Of a DNA stretch of 58,979 nt, positions 37,957 to 49,400 are shown piece by piece. The notes under the pieces are model-generated. The model ran no database searches. It was not told the DNA's origin and was given only the letters and a program-made list of their open reading frames with translations. Source of the DNA: Nemertoderma westbladi (Eukaryota; Animalia; Xenacoelomorpha); assembly GCA_032718475.1 (NCBI GenBank), contig JAUCBJ010007968.1, positions 1 to 58,979 on the forward strand, given 5' to 3'. The position numbers and the translations under genes were made by a program. The stretch's first letter is position 1. The number at the start of each line of letters is the position of its first letter.

Positions 37957-39216
37957 ATGTCAATTATTAAGGAATTAGATTTATTTTCTACACAGCCAAT
38001 ACAGACTGAATTTAAAGCAAAGCATTATGAAACAATTTACCCAGTATCCAATCTCAGAAGTGAGTCTAGGGAAGTCACGTTCCTTGTACCAAGATCCAAT
38101 GAATTCTATACGAAACTGCAAGATGCGTTATTAATTACAAAATGTACTGTACGGTGGGATAGACGACTTGAAAACTCCCATATTTATATGTTGAATTACC
38201 CTTCTGGGACTATGTGGAGTGATATTAAAATAGACCTTAATGAGAAGCAGGTTGAAAATAGCAATAACCTTTATTTCTACAAGTCGTACTTATCCAATTT
38301 ACTATTCACAACATACGAATCTAAAAATGGGCTACTGGGGGCGGGTGGCTTTCATCAGCCTTTATCCGAACACGGAAATGAAATTAATCCTGGTGCGCAT
38401 CCTATTGACGATGCCTTTAGTAAACAAATGCAATTTGTAAGTGGATTGACAATTGATTTTGATACTGAAACTAAAATAATACAACCCGGGTATGATTTAA
38501 GAACGCATTTTAGAAAAGTATCAAATTCGTTTATTTTTAAAATCACTCCAAACGCAAACGCTGTGACAAATCTTCGGTTAGAATTAGATGAAGTAAAGAT
38601 CCTAATCCCTAGAATGGAGGTTAATCCAGTAATAGAAAGCAGTCACCTAAAAGGTTTAGAGAGTTACGATATTGAATATCAATTCCAAAAAAAGGAGGTT
38701 ACAACATTTACTATTCCCGCTCAAACCACAAATTACACCCAAACAAACATATTTGATGGTAAAAAACCCAAATTAGTTATTATCGGTTCTATAACAAATA
38801 ATGCATATTCGGGAGAATTAATTAGTAACCCCTTGAAATTTGAACATTTTAACCTTAGACGCGCGGAACTGATTGTAGACGGTCTTCCAGTAGGTGGTGT
38901 AATATACTAGCCTAATTTTACAGATGGAACATACATTTTTGAGTATACTCAATTAATGAAAAACATTAATACATATATTAACGGTTATGGAGGTAATAAT
39001 ATAGACCATGAAGCCTACTTAGGTAATTGACCACTCATATCCTGGGACCTAACCGCCGACGGCTATGTTAGAGATCCGCAACCATCGATATATACTAACG
39101 GGCAATTAAAATTAAGATTTGCCAAACCGTTGGTTGAGACCATAAATATAATCGTTTTTAATATTTATGATCAATCATTAAGTTTAAATAGCAGGAAAGA
39201 AATACATATCGATTAA
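37957..39216 (+). pseudogene. Major capsid protein (double jelly-roll, hexon-like); two in-frame stops
   Basis: ELDLFST.PIQT, YFYKSYL.NLL, P.LVIIG...N.AYSG...NP.KFEHFNL; reading through the TAG at 38908 and the TGA at 39028 gives WDLTAD...LRFAKPL.ETINIIVF. Confidence 0.88.
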
Positions 39217-39218
39217 GT

Positions 39219-39671
39219 ATGTTATCTACAGAGGACCTTGATATGTTTCCAGCGGGTGGTCACTATTTGGGAGCGTTTCCATCTAACAAATTACCTAAAT
39301 TAGATAATAATAAGCGGAGAGATTATGGGTTAATAGTAAATACCGATAAAGAGCATCTACCCGGGGTTCATTGGATAGCTATATATATACGAGATAATGA
39401 GGCTGAATTATTTAATTTGTTTGGACCAAAATATCCAAACAGATGTATCGAAAAATGGCTTGAGAAAAATTCAGCAAGGTGGCGTACTACCCGGAAACAA
39501 TTTCAAGACCCCAGGAGGACCACATGTGGATTATACTGTCTTTATTACTTGGTAAATCGAATTCACACAAACTATCCAATGAGAGCGTTTACAAATAATG
39601 TGGAAATAAATGAAATAATATTATATAAATGGCTTGTTAATTATTATAAAATAAACCAACAAGCGTTGTAA
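39219..39671 (+). CDS. Adenain-like cysteine protease
   Basis: GAFPSNKLP, IVNTD...PGVHWIA, FQ....TCGLYCLYYL. Confidence 0.9.
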   Translation: MLSTEDLDMFPAGGHYLGAFPSNKLPKLDNNKRRDYGLIVNTDKEHLPGVHWIAIYIRDNEAELFNLFGPKYPNRCIEKWLEKNSARWRTTRKQFQDPRRTTCGLYCLYYLVNRIHTNYPMRAFTNNVEINEIILYKWLVNYYKINQQAL

Positions 39672-39715
39672 TTAATCATTTAACTTTTGTTTATCTAAAT
39701 ATATTATCAGATAAA

Positions 39716-40099
39716 ATGGATAATATTATTTTTGTTGATTTTCAATATTATACGATAGACAATAAGGAATATCCGGTAGTATTTAAAGAATTTACTATAT
39801 TCGATTCTAATTACACCAAAACTAATGTAAAGACGTTTTTAATTAAAGGTCCACCTAATATTAAGTTATCAGCATTAGATAAAGCCCACGTAAACAATTT
39901 ACGGGACATGACTTCGCATTTACCTTGGGATTACGGTGACATTTCGCAAGATGACTTTAAAAAGTACATGAAGAGACATTTAAAATATAAAAAAAATATA
40001 CATGTATTTGGGTTGATGAAGCAGGCAATATTAGTTTCCCAACTTGATGTTCTCGCACCAAATTCGATGGAGAAATTGGGGATATGTTCGCGCTTTTAG
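39716..40099 (+). CDS. Polinton accessory protein, DEDD-exonuclease-like N-terminus; C-terminus replaced by foreign sequence
   Basis: IIFVDFQ...VFKEF, H.LPWDYG; runs into the hairpin repeat. Confidence 0.5.
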   Translation: MDNIIFVDFQYYTIDNKEYPVVFKEFTIFDSNYTKTNVKTFLIKGPPNIKLSALDKAHVNNLRDMTSHLPWDYGDISQDDFKKYMKRHLKYKKNIHVFGLMKQAILVSQLDVLAPNSMEKLGICSRF

Positions 40100-40143
40100 A
40101 CCTTTGGCAGTTTAACCCGCCAAAGGTCTAAAAGCGCGAACAT
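40084..40143. repeat. Perfect 25 bp inverted repeat with 10 nt loop; related copy at 10814-10850
   Basis: ATGTTCGCGCTTTTAGACCTTTGGC-AGTTTAACCC-GCCAAAGGTCTAAAAGCGCGAACAT. Confidence 0.95.
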
Positions 40144-40465
40144 TAAAGGATATATGCTTCTTTATTGCAGTAAGCAATAAAGTTGAAAGTACCGGTCAAC
40201 CGGTACATCTGTAGGTCAGTAGGCCCAACTGCCAGAACCGGTACCAGTAGGCCTGACTACCTAACCACCCGGACGGTACCTACAGCAGTACAGGTACAGC
40301 AGTATTATTCGATTTTGATTATTATATACCAGTAAGCCTTAATAATTAATCAGGGACTGCAGCCCTGGTTTTTTATTGAGATTTTTACTTATTTCTGTCA
40401 AGTTTTATTTGTTTGTAGGCCAGTATTGAACAGAAGGCGTGTAAACCTCATCAGATTGTACAGAC

Positions 40466-42120
40466 AATTTGTAGGCTGAGCTGTTGTCTGGCTGTTATTA
40501 AGTCTGAACGGATTGCAGTGTGTGTAGAGCACTTGTCCGATTAAGTACGGTTAGGAAGTAGGGGCAGCCAATGCGGTAAGGTAAACCCCCAACTAAAGAA
40601 TAAGTCGCACTACTGGGTTAGAGCGCATACTCCCTAATCATTTCGAAGTCTGCATGTCCTGTGGTTTATTTAGGCTTGAGAGTAGTCTGCCATCGTTTAG
40701 TCTGTACTTTGTTTGTGTAAGTCTGTACGGGTAGCGTATAATTTTATTTAACCCTTCCCCGGTAACGTGGGGTAAAATAATACCCCAAGGGGATTAATTT
40801 TGATATTTTTCAACAATCTCTCATATTATGTATGTCCAGCTTCATAGTATCTTCTAAAAAACTTGTAATCTAATGATTGTGTGGGTCAAACCCATAAAAT
40901 TTTGTTTATGAAAAATGTTATGGGCCTTTAATTTGAAAACAACTTAGTTAGGTAAGATGGGGTATAAAAATACCCCATAACGTTATGGTGCTGGTTTAGT
41001 GGTACTTTGTGACTCATTTTGGTGTCATTGGAACCACAATGGTCGATTTAGTTGTACTAGACTGCTAGACAGTTAGAGGCATGTTTTAACTTTTGACTTT
41101 TAAGACCAAATTATCAGTATTATGAAGCTACTGTATTCTGGTATTGTGTATGGCCTGTATTTCACAAGCCAAGACTTTGGCCTAATCGCGATAGATTGTT
41201 AAGTATATGTGAATAATTCTTATTGTAGGTTTTCATAGTGGTGTTCTGTCCTTTTGGGTCTCATTATGGGTTCATTGTAACTGCAATAATGTATAATTTA
41301 GTTGGACAATAATCACATTTAATGACCAAATCATCAGTACTTTTGCAGTCATGGTGTAAATTTCATATTACAATTCAAGATCTTCTGCTATTGCGAGGTG
41401 ATATAGGGCATATCTATATATATATATATTTCACCTTGTTGACTTTCAGTGGTGGTATTTGACTCATTTTATGCTTCTTGGAACTGCAATGGTATACTTG
41501 ACCCATAACACCACTAAAAAACCTAAAATGAGAAACACTCTCACACAGCTAATGCTTCACTATGATAGTATCTTGTTGCAAAACGCCCCATCGCGACATT
41601 AACGATGATCGCGATTGTAGTGGGATAACTTTTGTGGCATTGAGCGTTGGGTAGACTTCAACCAAATTGAAAAAAAAAATTCACAACTTATTTTTTCACC
41701 ATTTGGCAAATTCTGGGAGGGGGATTGCAAGTGTTTTTCTGTTTAATGTTACTTAAAATGTCTTATCAATTTGGGGTATAAAAATACCCCACGTTACCGG
41801 TGAAGGATAATTTTTTACCATACCGGGGCAGGGTTAAATAATTTGTAGGCTGGATGGTTGTCTGGCTGTTATTGGGTCTGAGCGGATTGCCGCGTGTGTA
41901 GATCATCTGTCCGATTAAGTACGATTAGGCAGTAGGGGCAGCGAACGCTGTAAGGTAAACCCCCGACTAAAGAATAAGTCGCACTACTGGGTTAGAGCGC
42001 ATACTCCCTAATCATTTCGGAGTCTGCATATACCGTAGTTTGTTTAGGCTTGATAGTAGTCTGTCAGTGTTCGGTCTGTATTTTGTTTGAGTAGTTTGTA
42101 CGCGTAGCGTAATATTTATT
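40466..42120. repeat. ~285 bp tandem duplication (40466-40751 and 41838-42120) separated by the MITE
   Basis: Shared TTTGTAGGCTG...CTAAAGAATAAGTCGCACTACTGGGTTAGAGCGCATACTCCCTAATCATTTCG...GTAGCGTA. Confidence 0.85.
40752..41833. mobile_element. piggyBac-like non-autonomous element (MITE)
   Basis: TTAA TSD at 40748-40751 and 41834-41837; termini CCCTTCCCCGGTA / TACCGGGGCAGGG; subterminal inverted repeat GGTAACGTGGGGTA; no ORF. Confidence 0.88.
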
Positions 42121-43431
42121 ATTCAGAGTTTATGCGATTATTCGCAACATTCAAGTCCCCAAGTTTGTTCCTACAGTAATTGTGTTTGTTATACATACCG
42201 CTATAGTTAAATTAACCCCGGTACTACACGGGCTGCTCGGCGTAGGTAAAGACTGGTGATTTTGTGCATCGGTCACTCCAGCAGATGCCGTGGTTCTTTT
42301 AGCTGTTCAAGTATATTTAACTACAGATTATCTGTTGTACAAGTACTCGTACCTAATTTAGGGTTTAGTGTACAGTACTTTCCGAAGTAATTATTGTAGG
42401 CATTATATCTGTGTTGTAAAGTGGTTGATAGGCACATTCGATTAGCTCTATTAACTTCTAGGTAGGAACACTCCGTGATACATAACGTAGAACCTATAGC
42501 GATACGGCTATAGGTCGTCAGGCGGTGGTATTTTCCTATCTAGACAACGCAGTGTATTCACTACTACTTATTATTTCAAATACCGTAGTACTCTGTCCGT
42601 TGTAATAACCGGTTATCTAACCCTTTGTTAGGCTGGTTTGTAGACTTCTTGTAAAATTACCCTAAAAATTCGTATTTTGTGTTTTTTGTAAATTTTTGCA
42701 TTTATTTAGAGATTGTAATCTCACCCGAATTGTACGTAATTTGTAGTATTAAGTAACTTAGGTAAATTAGAATTATTTGTTTTAGTGTCCTATACGTAAC
42801 ACTTCACTAAAAGCGCACCGCTTTGTGTAGTGATTACCCCAGAAATAATAACATTTATTTCAAACATTGACTAAACCCATTAAAACGGGTATAAATATAT
42901 TATAAATCAAATCTAACGATTTATAAATAGTAGGCCTACCATAAAACCATTAGGTCTCAATATCAGTTGGACTACTGCTCAAATAACGGTAATAAAGTAA
43001 GTAAAGTAACAAAGTAACCCTTAAAGTTCAGAAATTCAATTATTCTAAAATAATTGATATACCAGTATTTACGATAGGCCTATTATCTTATTTCTATAAA
43101 TCTAGGCTGAAATTATACCGGTACTTGTAATTAATTCTATTTCAGAATTATATATCCTACAAACTGTAAGCTGTATACCGGTATTCCAGATAGGCCTATT
43201 ATATATTATATATATTTGTGCTAAAATTATACCGGTATTCTGTGATAAACCTAGTCTGTAATAATAGTTATATATACTATAAGCATACCGGTATTCTAAT
43301 ATATTATATATATATCACGCTACACTGAGTAGCAGTACCGGTAATTAATTACTAGGCTAGCAGGTAATACTGAGTTACTAGACTTACTCAGACTGTAATA
43401 CAGCAGTAGACATTCAACGGTATACATAGTC

Positions 43432-44667
43432 ATGTCTGATACTAAGCAGAACCTGTCAGACAGTTTATTAGATGTAACTATCTGCGACTCAGATAGAGAC
43501 GTACAAACGTCTGGTCGTAAATCCAGTTCACCTCCCACTGTGAGGAAGGTCATCCCTCCAGTAGTAATAACAGAACCTAGGCTGGTCCAACATCGTAGGT
43601 CTATCATAGGCACTCGAGCTCAGGTCAAGCGGGACCAAAAGGCAGCGGAACAGCAACAACCCGCTAGTCAAGAACTTATTCCTCAGCGGCCCAGCAGCTC
43701 CAGTAGTGAGGATACTGTAGAGCTGACACCCGAGCGCGGAGCAGAGATGACGGATGCGGTTTATACGGATCCCCTTCTCATCCTTCCTGCAGCCGTGCTC
43801 GCCAGGTTATTGATCGCGGTGGAAGAACACCAGATCGATTGGGCGAGGAGTCAACGATCAACTAGAGATAGCTACGCGGGATACACGAGTGAAGAACTGA
43901 AGTCTATTGTCGAGTCGCAATGGAACTTCCCCGGACCCGGACTCCCGTTTGATTTATCAGAAGCTGCATGGGAAGACATACACCGGATGGGAGTAGCCAA
44001 GGAAACCATCGATCCAGCTGTATGGAAGAGGTCCGCAGCCGGATACGCCCAGGGATTCTTCAGCTCTATGGAGCGAGTAGAGAGACAACTGTTTCAACAA
44101 CCTCAAGGACCTCAAGAGCAGGGATCGCTGCTTTATCAAGTTAGAGAAAGAGTTCTACGAATTAGGCTAATCTTATCCGCCTTCGAAGAGGCTTCTAAAA
44201 GAAGACAAGACACGTCGTTGCAAGTTGCCGTGAAGACTTGGTTTCAACGGGTGAGTCGCCAGGTTCAAGGAGCAGCTCAGTGGAAAGCTCAGTTGGAGGA
44301 GCGCTCAACCCATGGAGAATCAACAGACGCTACTTTTTCCCAAGTAGAAAGTGAAGCGACGGCAGAGAAACCGCATAAGAGGGATGCCATTGACATCTAT
44401 CTGTCGGACTATCAACGTTTTTTAGGTGATGACGAGTTGAGGAGAAGGTTAGAGGGACTTAGCCCTAATAGTGAAGGAACCAAGCTTGTGTTGGATGCCA
44501 TCGATGTGGAAATGAGGGCTGCGAACCAGGCTAAATTCGATGAACAACTCCGCATCGTTAGAGAACAAGAAGAACAAGTAAGGAAAAAACGTATAGAAGA
44601 CAGAAAGGCCGCAGCAAAAGCAGAGGCAGAGGCAAAAGCGGCAGCAGCTGTATACATATTTGGTTAA
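43432..44667 (+). CDS. 411 aa ORF of unknown function, truncated by a minisatellite; possibly a gag-like N-terminus
   Basis: Long open GC-richer frame, Ser-rich N-terminus, helical/coiled-coil end (KAAAKAEAEAKAAAA); no domain recognised. Confidence 0.45.
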   Translation: MSDTKQNLSDSLLDVTICDSDRDVQTSGRKSSSPPTVRKVIPPVVITEPRLVQHRRSIIGTRAQVKRDQKAAEQQQPASQELIPQRPSSSSSEDTVELTPERGAEMTDAVYTDPLLILPAAVLARLLIAVEEHQIDWARSQRSTRDSYAGYTSEELKSIVESQWNFPGPGLPFDLSEAAWEDIHRMGVAKETIDPAVWKRSAAGYAQGFFSSMERVERQLFQQPQGPQEQGSLLYQVRERVLRIRLILSAFEEASKRRQDTSLQVAVKTWFQRVSRQVQGAAQWKAQLEERSTHGESTDATFSQVESEATAEKPHKRDAIDIYLSDYQRFLGDDELRRRLEGLSPNSEGTKLVLDAIDVEMRAANQAKFDEQLRIVREQEEQVRKKRIEDRKAAAKAEAEAKAAAAVYIFG

Positions 44668-45092
44668 TGACTCAATCATATTATATGCTAAAAGTTACCT
44701 AATTTTTATACCAAATGTATACATATTGGTTAATGACTCACTCATATTATATGCTAAAAGTTACCTAATTTTCACACCAACTGTATACATATTGGTTAAT
44801 GACTCACTCATATTATATGCTAAAAGTTACCTAATTTTCTCACCAACTGTATACATATTGGTTAATGACTCACTCATATTATATGCTAAAAGTTACCTAA
44901 TTTTCTCACCAACTGTATACATATTGGTTAATGACTCACTCATATTAAATGCTAAACGATACCTAATTTTTACACAAACTGTATACATATTGGTTAATGA
45001 CTCACTCATATTATATGCTAAAAGTTACCTAATTTTCTCACCAACTGTATACATATTGGTTAATAACTCACTCATATTATATGCTAAAAGAT
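44648..45092. repeat. 66 bp minisatellite, about 6.7 copies
   Basis: TGTATACATATTGGTTAATGACTCACTCATATTATATGCTAAAAGTTACCTAATTTTCTCACCAAC units. Confidence 0.95.
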
Positions 45093-45153
45093 GGATAATA
45101 CTGTACACGAATCTGGACCGAACTGAACCGAACTGGATCGAAAGAGTGGCGAA

Positions 45154-45761
45154 TGTGAGCGGATTCAATTCCGCCTCATTACCCTCATAAAATGGGAAGT
45201 GGCACCTTTTCAGCAATGTTGGAGATACGAGATTGGTAATAACCAATTTCGTATCACAACCAACACTGGGGAGAACACAAACCCCAAAGCCACACAAAGG
45301 GAGGTTAGAGGTCAAATCACCTCGGGAGAGGAAACAACCAGCAGGGGCCAACAGGGGGGGAAACACTCCCAGAGAGGGGAGAGGCGTGAAGTAGATTATT
45401 AGCCAATAGGGGCGAAGGAGGGCATCCACTGGGTGAAAGGCCACAGTAGTATAGGAGTAATTATACATATATATTATCCTGCTACCGGTCTGAGAATCAG
45501 TTATCCAGTTATCAGCTTAGTGCAGACTGGTGACATTCGTCACCGTCACCAATTACCAGTCAGCTACATACCGGTACCCAGTTATTATACTTCAGTCATT
45601 GTGCTATTATTATTAGGCCAGTTATTCAATATTGACAACATCAGGAGACAACATCGAACTCCCATTGTTTTCCCACATCGCCAAACTGCCAGCACCACCC
45701 CTATAACAAACAGGTGACGCGTAGTCGATTTATCCGGTTGGGATCCCTTGATCCCGTCACA
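45154..45761 (+). mobile_element. Solo LTR related to the element A/B family, 5 bp TSD
   Basis: TGTGAGCGGATTCAATTCCGC...GATCCCGTCACA, similar to the reverse complement of the 14710 LTR ends; TSD GCGAA at 45149-45153 and 45762-45766. Confidence 0.9.
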
Positions 45762-46254
45762 GCGAACTGGACCGCCAAATGAAAGATAACCTAAAAACAA
45801 CCATCCATGCAGACAGGTGAAAATTAATATTGAATTTCAATTGGTCTTTTCATACATTATAAATTTAGTTGCTTATTAGATGTCGCTAAATTAAGATTAC
45901 TTGCTTCACATAAAACACTGCTGTACTCATTTTACCAGTAGGCCTACCAGTAGCAGGTATCTGGGTTTATAGTGTTTATAGATTGCGGTATTTTGCGTAC
46001 CGGTAGTTGTATTCAATGCAGCAATGAATGACAGTACCGGAAGCCAGAGTACACATGGTAAATTCGTTAAATATGTAATGTAATTCATTAAATTGAAATG
46101 TAGGCTACCGGTAAATAAATAATATTGCATATAATAAATTTAAATAAATAAATACAGAAATAGTAGTGCCAGATTTCTGGCGTTTGTTAAAAACACTGAA
46201 CAGCAACAGCAGAACGATGCCGATCAGCCGATCCGGACTGCCGGATCAGAAAGA

Positions 46255-46475
46255 GGGCGACGGAGTCTATTAAACCCAGGACGGTGACGGCAGGCTGGCG
46301 GAGCCTATTAAACCCGGAACGATGGCGACGGAGTTTATTAAACCCGGGAAGATGACAGTGGAGTCTATTAAACCCGGGACGATGCGACGGCTGGACGGAG
46401 TCTATTAAACCCGGGACGATGACGGCGGAATCTATTAAACCTAAAACGATGGCTTCTGATTCTGCGTCTATTAAA
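46255..46475. repeat. ~30-38 bp tandem repeat inside the MULE
   Basis: GGAGTCTATTAAACCCGGGACGATG about 6-7 times. Confidence 0.85.
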
Positions 46476-49400
46476 CATTTTACTGGTTTGTGAGATCGAC
46501 CTGCCAATACTAACTACTGCTTTCTCCGAATTCCTAGTAATATATTTTGATCTTAATAATAATTATTCAACCAACATCAATTATTTTAAAGGCCAAAAAG
46601 TCTTGTCAATGTATAAAAATGGTAAAGACTAAATAGCTTAGAATTATAATTAATTTTGTTGTTTATACTGTTATAATTATTTATAATGTAACGGAATTAT
46701 ATCTTTTGGCAGTCTACCGTACTGTATGAGCGACCATGATGATAAAAGGAAATGTTGCCGAAATATTTTCACTTAATTGCAGATAGAAGGGGGGGGGGGG
46801 GGGGGGGGGTCTTTAGATGCAATCAAAATTCTTCCCTCTCCAGGTGAAAATCGACGCAAATAACAGCTGATTACTCCTAAAATAAAACTGTAACCTGTTC
46901 TATTGTGTTTTATTTATTCCTTTTTGTTAGAATAACGTGCCACCGTAACCTCCTAATTTCCCTTAATAAATAATTTACCATGAGACATGCTAATAATTTG
47001 CCGATGACAGTATTTGGGTCAATTCCCCATCGCGATCATTGCCAACAACTCTGACTATGTATAAAGTAGTATTAAGCGGCTCTCTAGTTACGTAATAAAT
47101 ATTCGAAAACACTAAACTATTTACGGCGAGTAAAATAACTTTTTTTGAAGAAGATTTTTAGAATGTTATTACACTCAGATTTTACTATTAAACATAAAAA
47201 ATTATTACTATTAAACATAAAATAAAAACAACTATGAAAATGTAACAATCAAAGGCAATACAATATTAAAGCACAAACAATCAAATTTAAATTATTTAAT
47301 AATTAATTAATTATACACAATAAATTCAATAAGACCCTCCTTCACTTCCATGCTCAATTCGGATTGTGCCTTAAGGTAATCGTTAATTGTCGACTATAGT
47401 AATGTCGACTTCCTCAAATTCTGAGTTACACGACATACAAATATGTCATGTCAAAGTCAAGGAAAATTACGATAAGAATAAGTACTTTCTTGTCTGATCT
47501 ATTGTAAATTTATAATCTGCAATCTACATCCTACACAGTAATTAATTAGATAGGTTCCACCAGCAGGCAGCAGACACTGATTGATTCTTTGAGAAAGCTG
47601 AAAGCGTGCAGGGCAGGGCCAGCGTTATATTAACAGATTCAACGGCTTCTTCCAATGGAGACACGAGACACCAATAACCGAAAGTAACGGACCGATAATT
47701 TGTTCTTGCATGATTGCCGACGACCCATTGCCCATCCACCCCGACTGAGCTCTCAGTACGGGTACGGGTATCCCCGCCCAAAACAACCAAGTCTCTATCC
47801 GCCTTGAGAAAACGAGAAACTCGATCGAAATGCCTCGGGGGGGGGGGGGGGGGGGGTTATCCATCCGTAATCGGAATCGCCGACCACTACGGCACTATGG
47901 ATTATCCCCGTACCCGTAGAATTCCCGGTCCCGCAGGCTGCAGCTTCCGACCCAATTCGATTTATTGAATTGGAATTGGACTCCCACTTTCGCGCCGCAG
48001 AGAATGTAATCCTGTTATCTGGTGCAATACATGTCTGTCAGACGCAGCCGGTCAGCCCTCCCCCAAGGCGATCCGGTCCGCCGCTAAACCCAGATCGCAT
48101 CGCATTCCTCGTCGACGTAAGTCTGACTCTTCCTGCCGCACTCCGTGCTCGGAGTATGGAGTAAGAAACTCGGCAGCAGCCCGCATTACGATCCGACTGA
48201 CCCAGTGTAGAAAATATAATCAAACATTACTGCTTTCATTGCTGCATTGAACAGTTGAACACAACTATCGGTACGCAAAATACTGCAATCTATAAACCCA
48301 GATACCTGCTACCGGTAGGCCTACTGGTAAAAGCAGTACAGCAGTGTTTTATGTGAAGTAAATAATCTTAATTTAGAGACATCTTATAAGCAACTAAATT
48401 TATAATGTATGAAAAGACCAAATGAAATTCAATATTAATTTTCACCTGTTTGCATGGATGGTTGTTTTTAGATTATCTTTCATTTGGCGGTCCAGTTCGG
48501 TCCAGTTTGCCACTCTTTCGATCCAGTTCGGTTCAGTTCGGTCCAGTTCAGTCCAGATTCGAGTACAGAACTATCCCTAAAAGATACCCGCTTCTTTGAT
48601 TTGCTGGACAATTAGTGAGGTTGCGGGAATTTTAAAATGTTTTTAATCAATCAAACAGTGATAGTTTTTCTACATCTATTCAAATAGTCGGACGTTATTA
48701 GTAAGTGCTTGCTGTAAATTTCAGTAACTTTTACTTTGAAATTTTGAGATTTGAAATCACCATTAAATTTTGCTCTAGAAGAAATATAATAACAAAAATC
48801 TGAAATTATGACCCAGGGGTAGGCTCCTCTAATCTCCAAATTTTAGTAAAATACCAGATTTTCACCTGTGGTTAAATCAGTATGAACAGCAACAGCACAA
48901 ACAATACAATTAAAAATAAAATAAAAAATTCAGTAGATTATATGTAAATGAAGCAAGAGTTAGTAGGAACCTGGAAGGTATGAACCCCGAGGGACAGCAC
49001 CATCCCCGAATCCAAGGCCTCTCCATGGTCTACAACCGCCACGCTAACACAACGAATTCGATCTCAGCAGTGCGAACTGAAGGTGTCTGCGTACACCACC
49101 CATCACGGTGGGGTATCCGCACAGACGCATCCCAACTGAAGGCGTCTGTGTACACCACCCATCAGGGTGGGGTATCACACAGGCCCATCCCTTCACGCTG
49201 GGCTACCAGCGTTTCGGCAAGGTGCCTTATAATCTCGGCATCCTTGCACCAGACCCCATCTGTGTGGTGCCAACGAGAGGCGTGAACGAGTACCCTCTGG
49301 TTGACCCAGATTCCTCTCGCCAAGAAATCAACCCTAACCCCTCCAACCTCGTGTCTGTGATCATCGTCATCGAGACGACCAGTATATCTATTCCACAACT

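Larger units (their letters stand above)
30981..40035 (+). mobile_element. Polinton/Maverick (adintovirus-like) element; left terminus present, right part missing
   Basis: Starts AGTAGTAG exactly where BEL homology breaks (CATGGC|AGTAGT); AT-rich, tightly packed intronless genes: ATPase, integrase, capsids, protease. Confidence 0.9.
45093..48576. mobile_element. Mutator/MULE-like non-autonomous DNA transposon with ~330 bp TIRs and a 9 bp TSD
   Basis: TSD CTAAAAGAT at 45084-45092 and 48577-48585; ends GGATAATACTGTAC / GTACAGAACTATCC; 45762-46028 is the inverse of ~48236-48500; 10 bp CCGAACTGGA-type subrepeats. Confidence 0.85.

Noticed and set aside
44660-45190. 176 aa repetitive ORF
   Set aside because: Translation of the 66 bp minisatellite (22 aa period)
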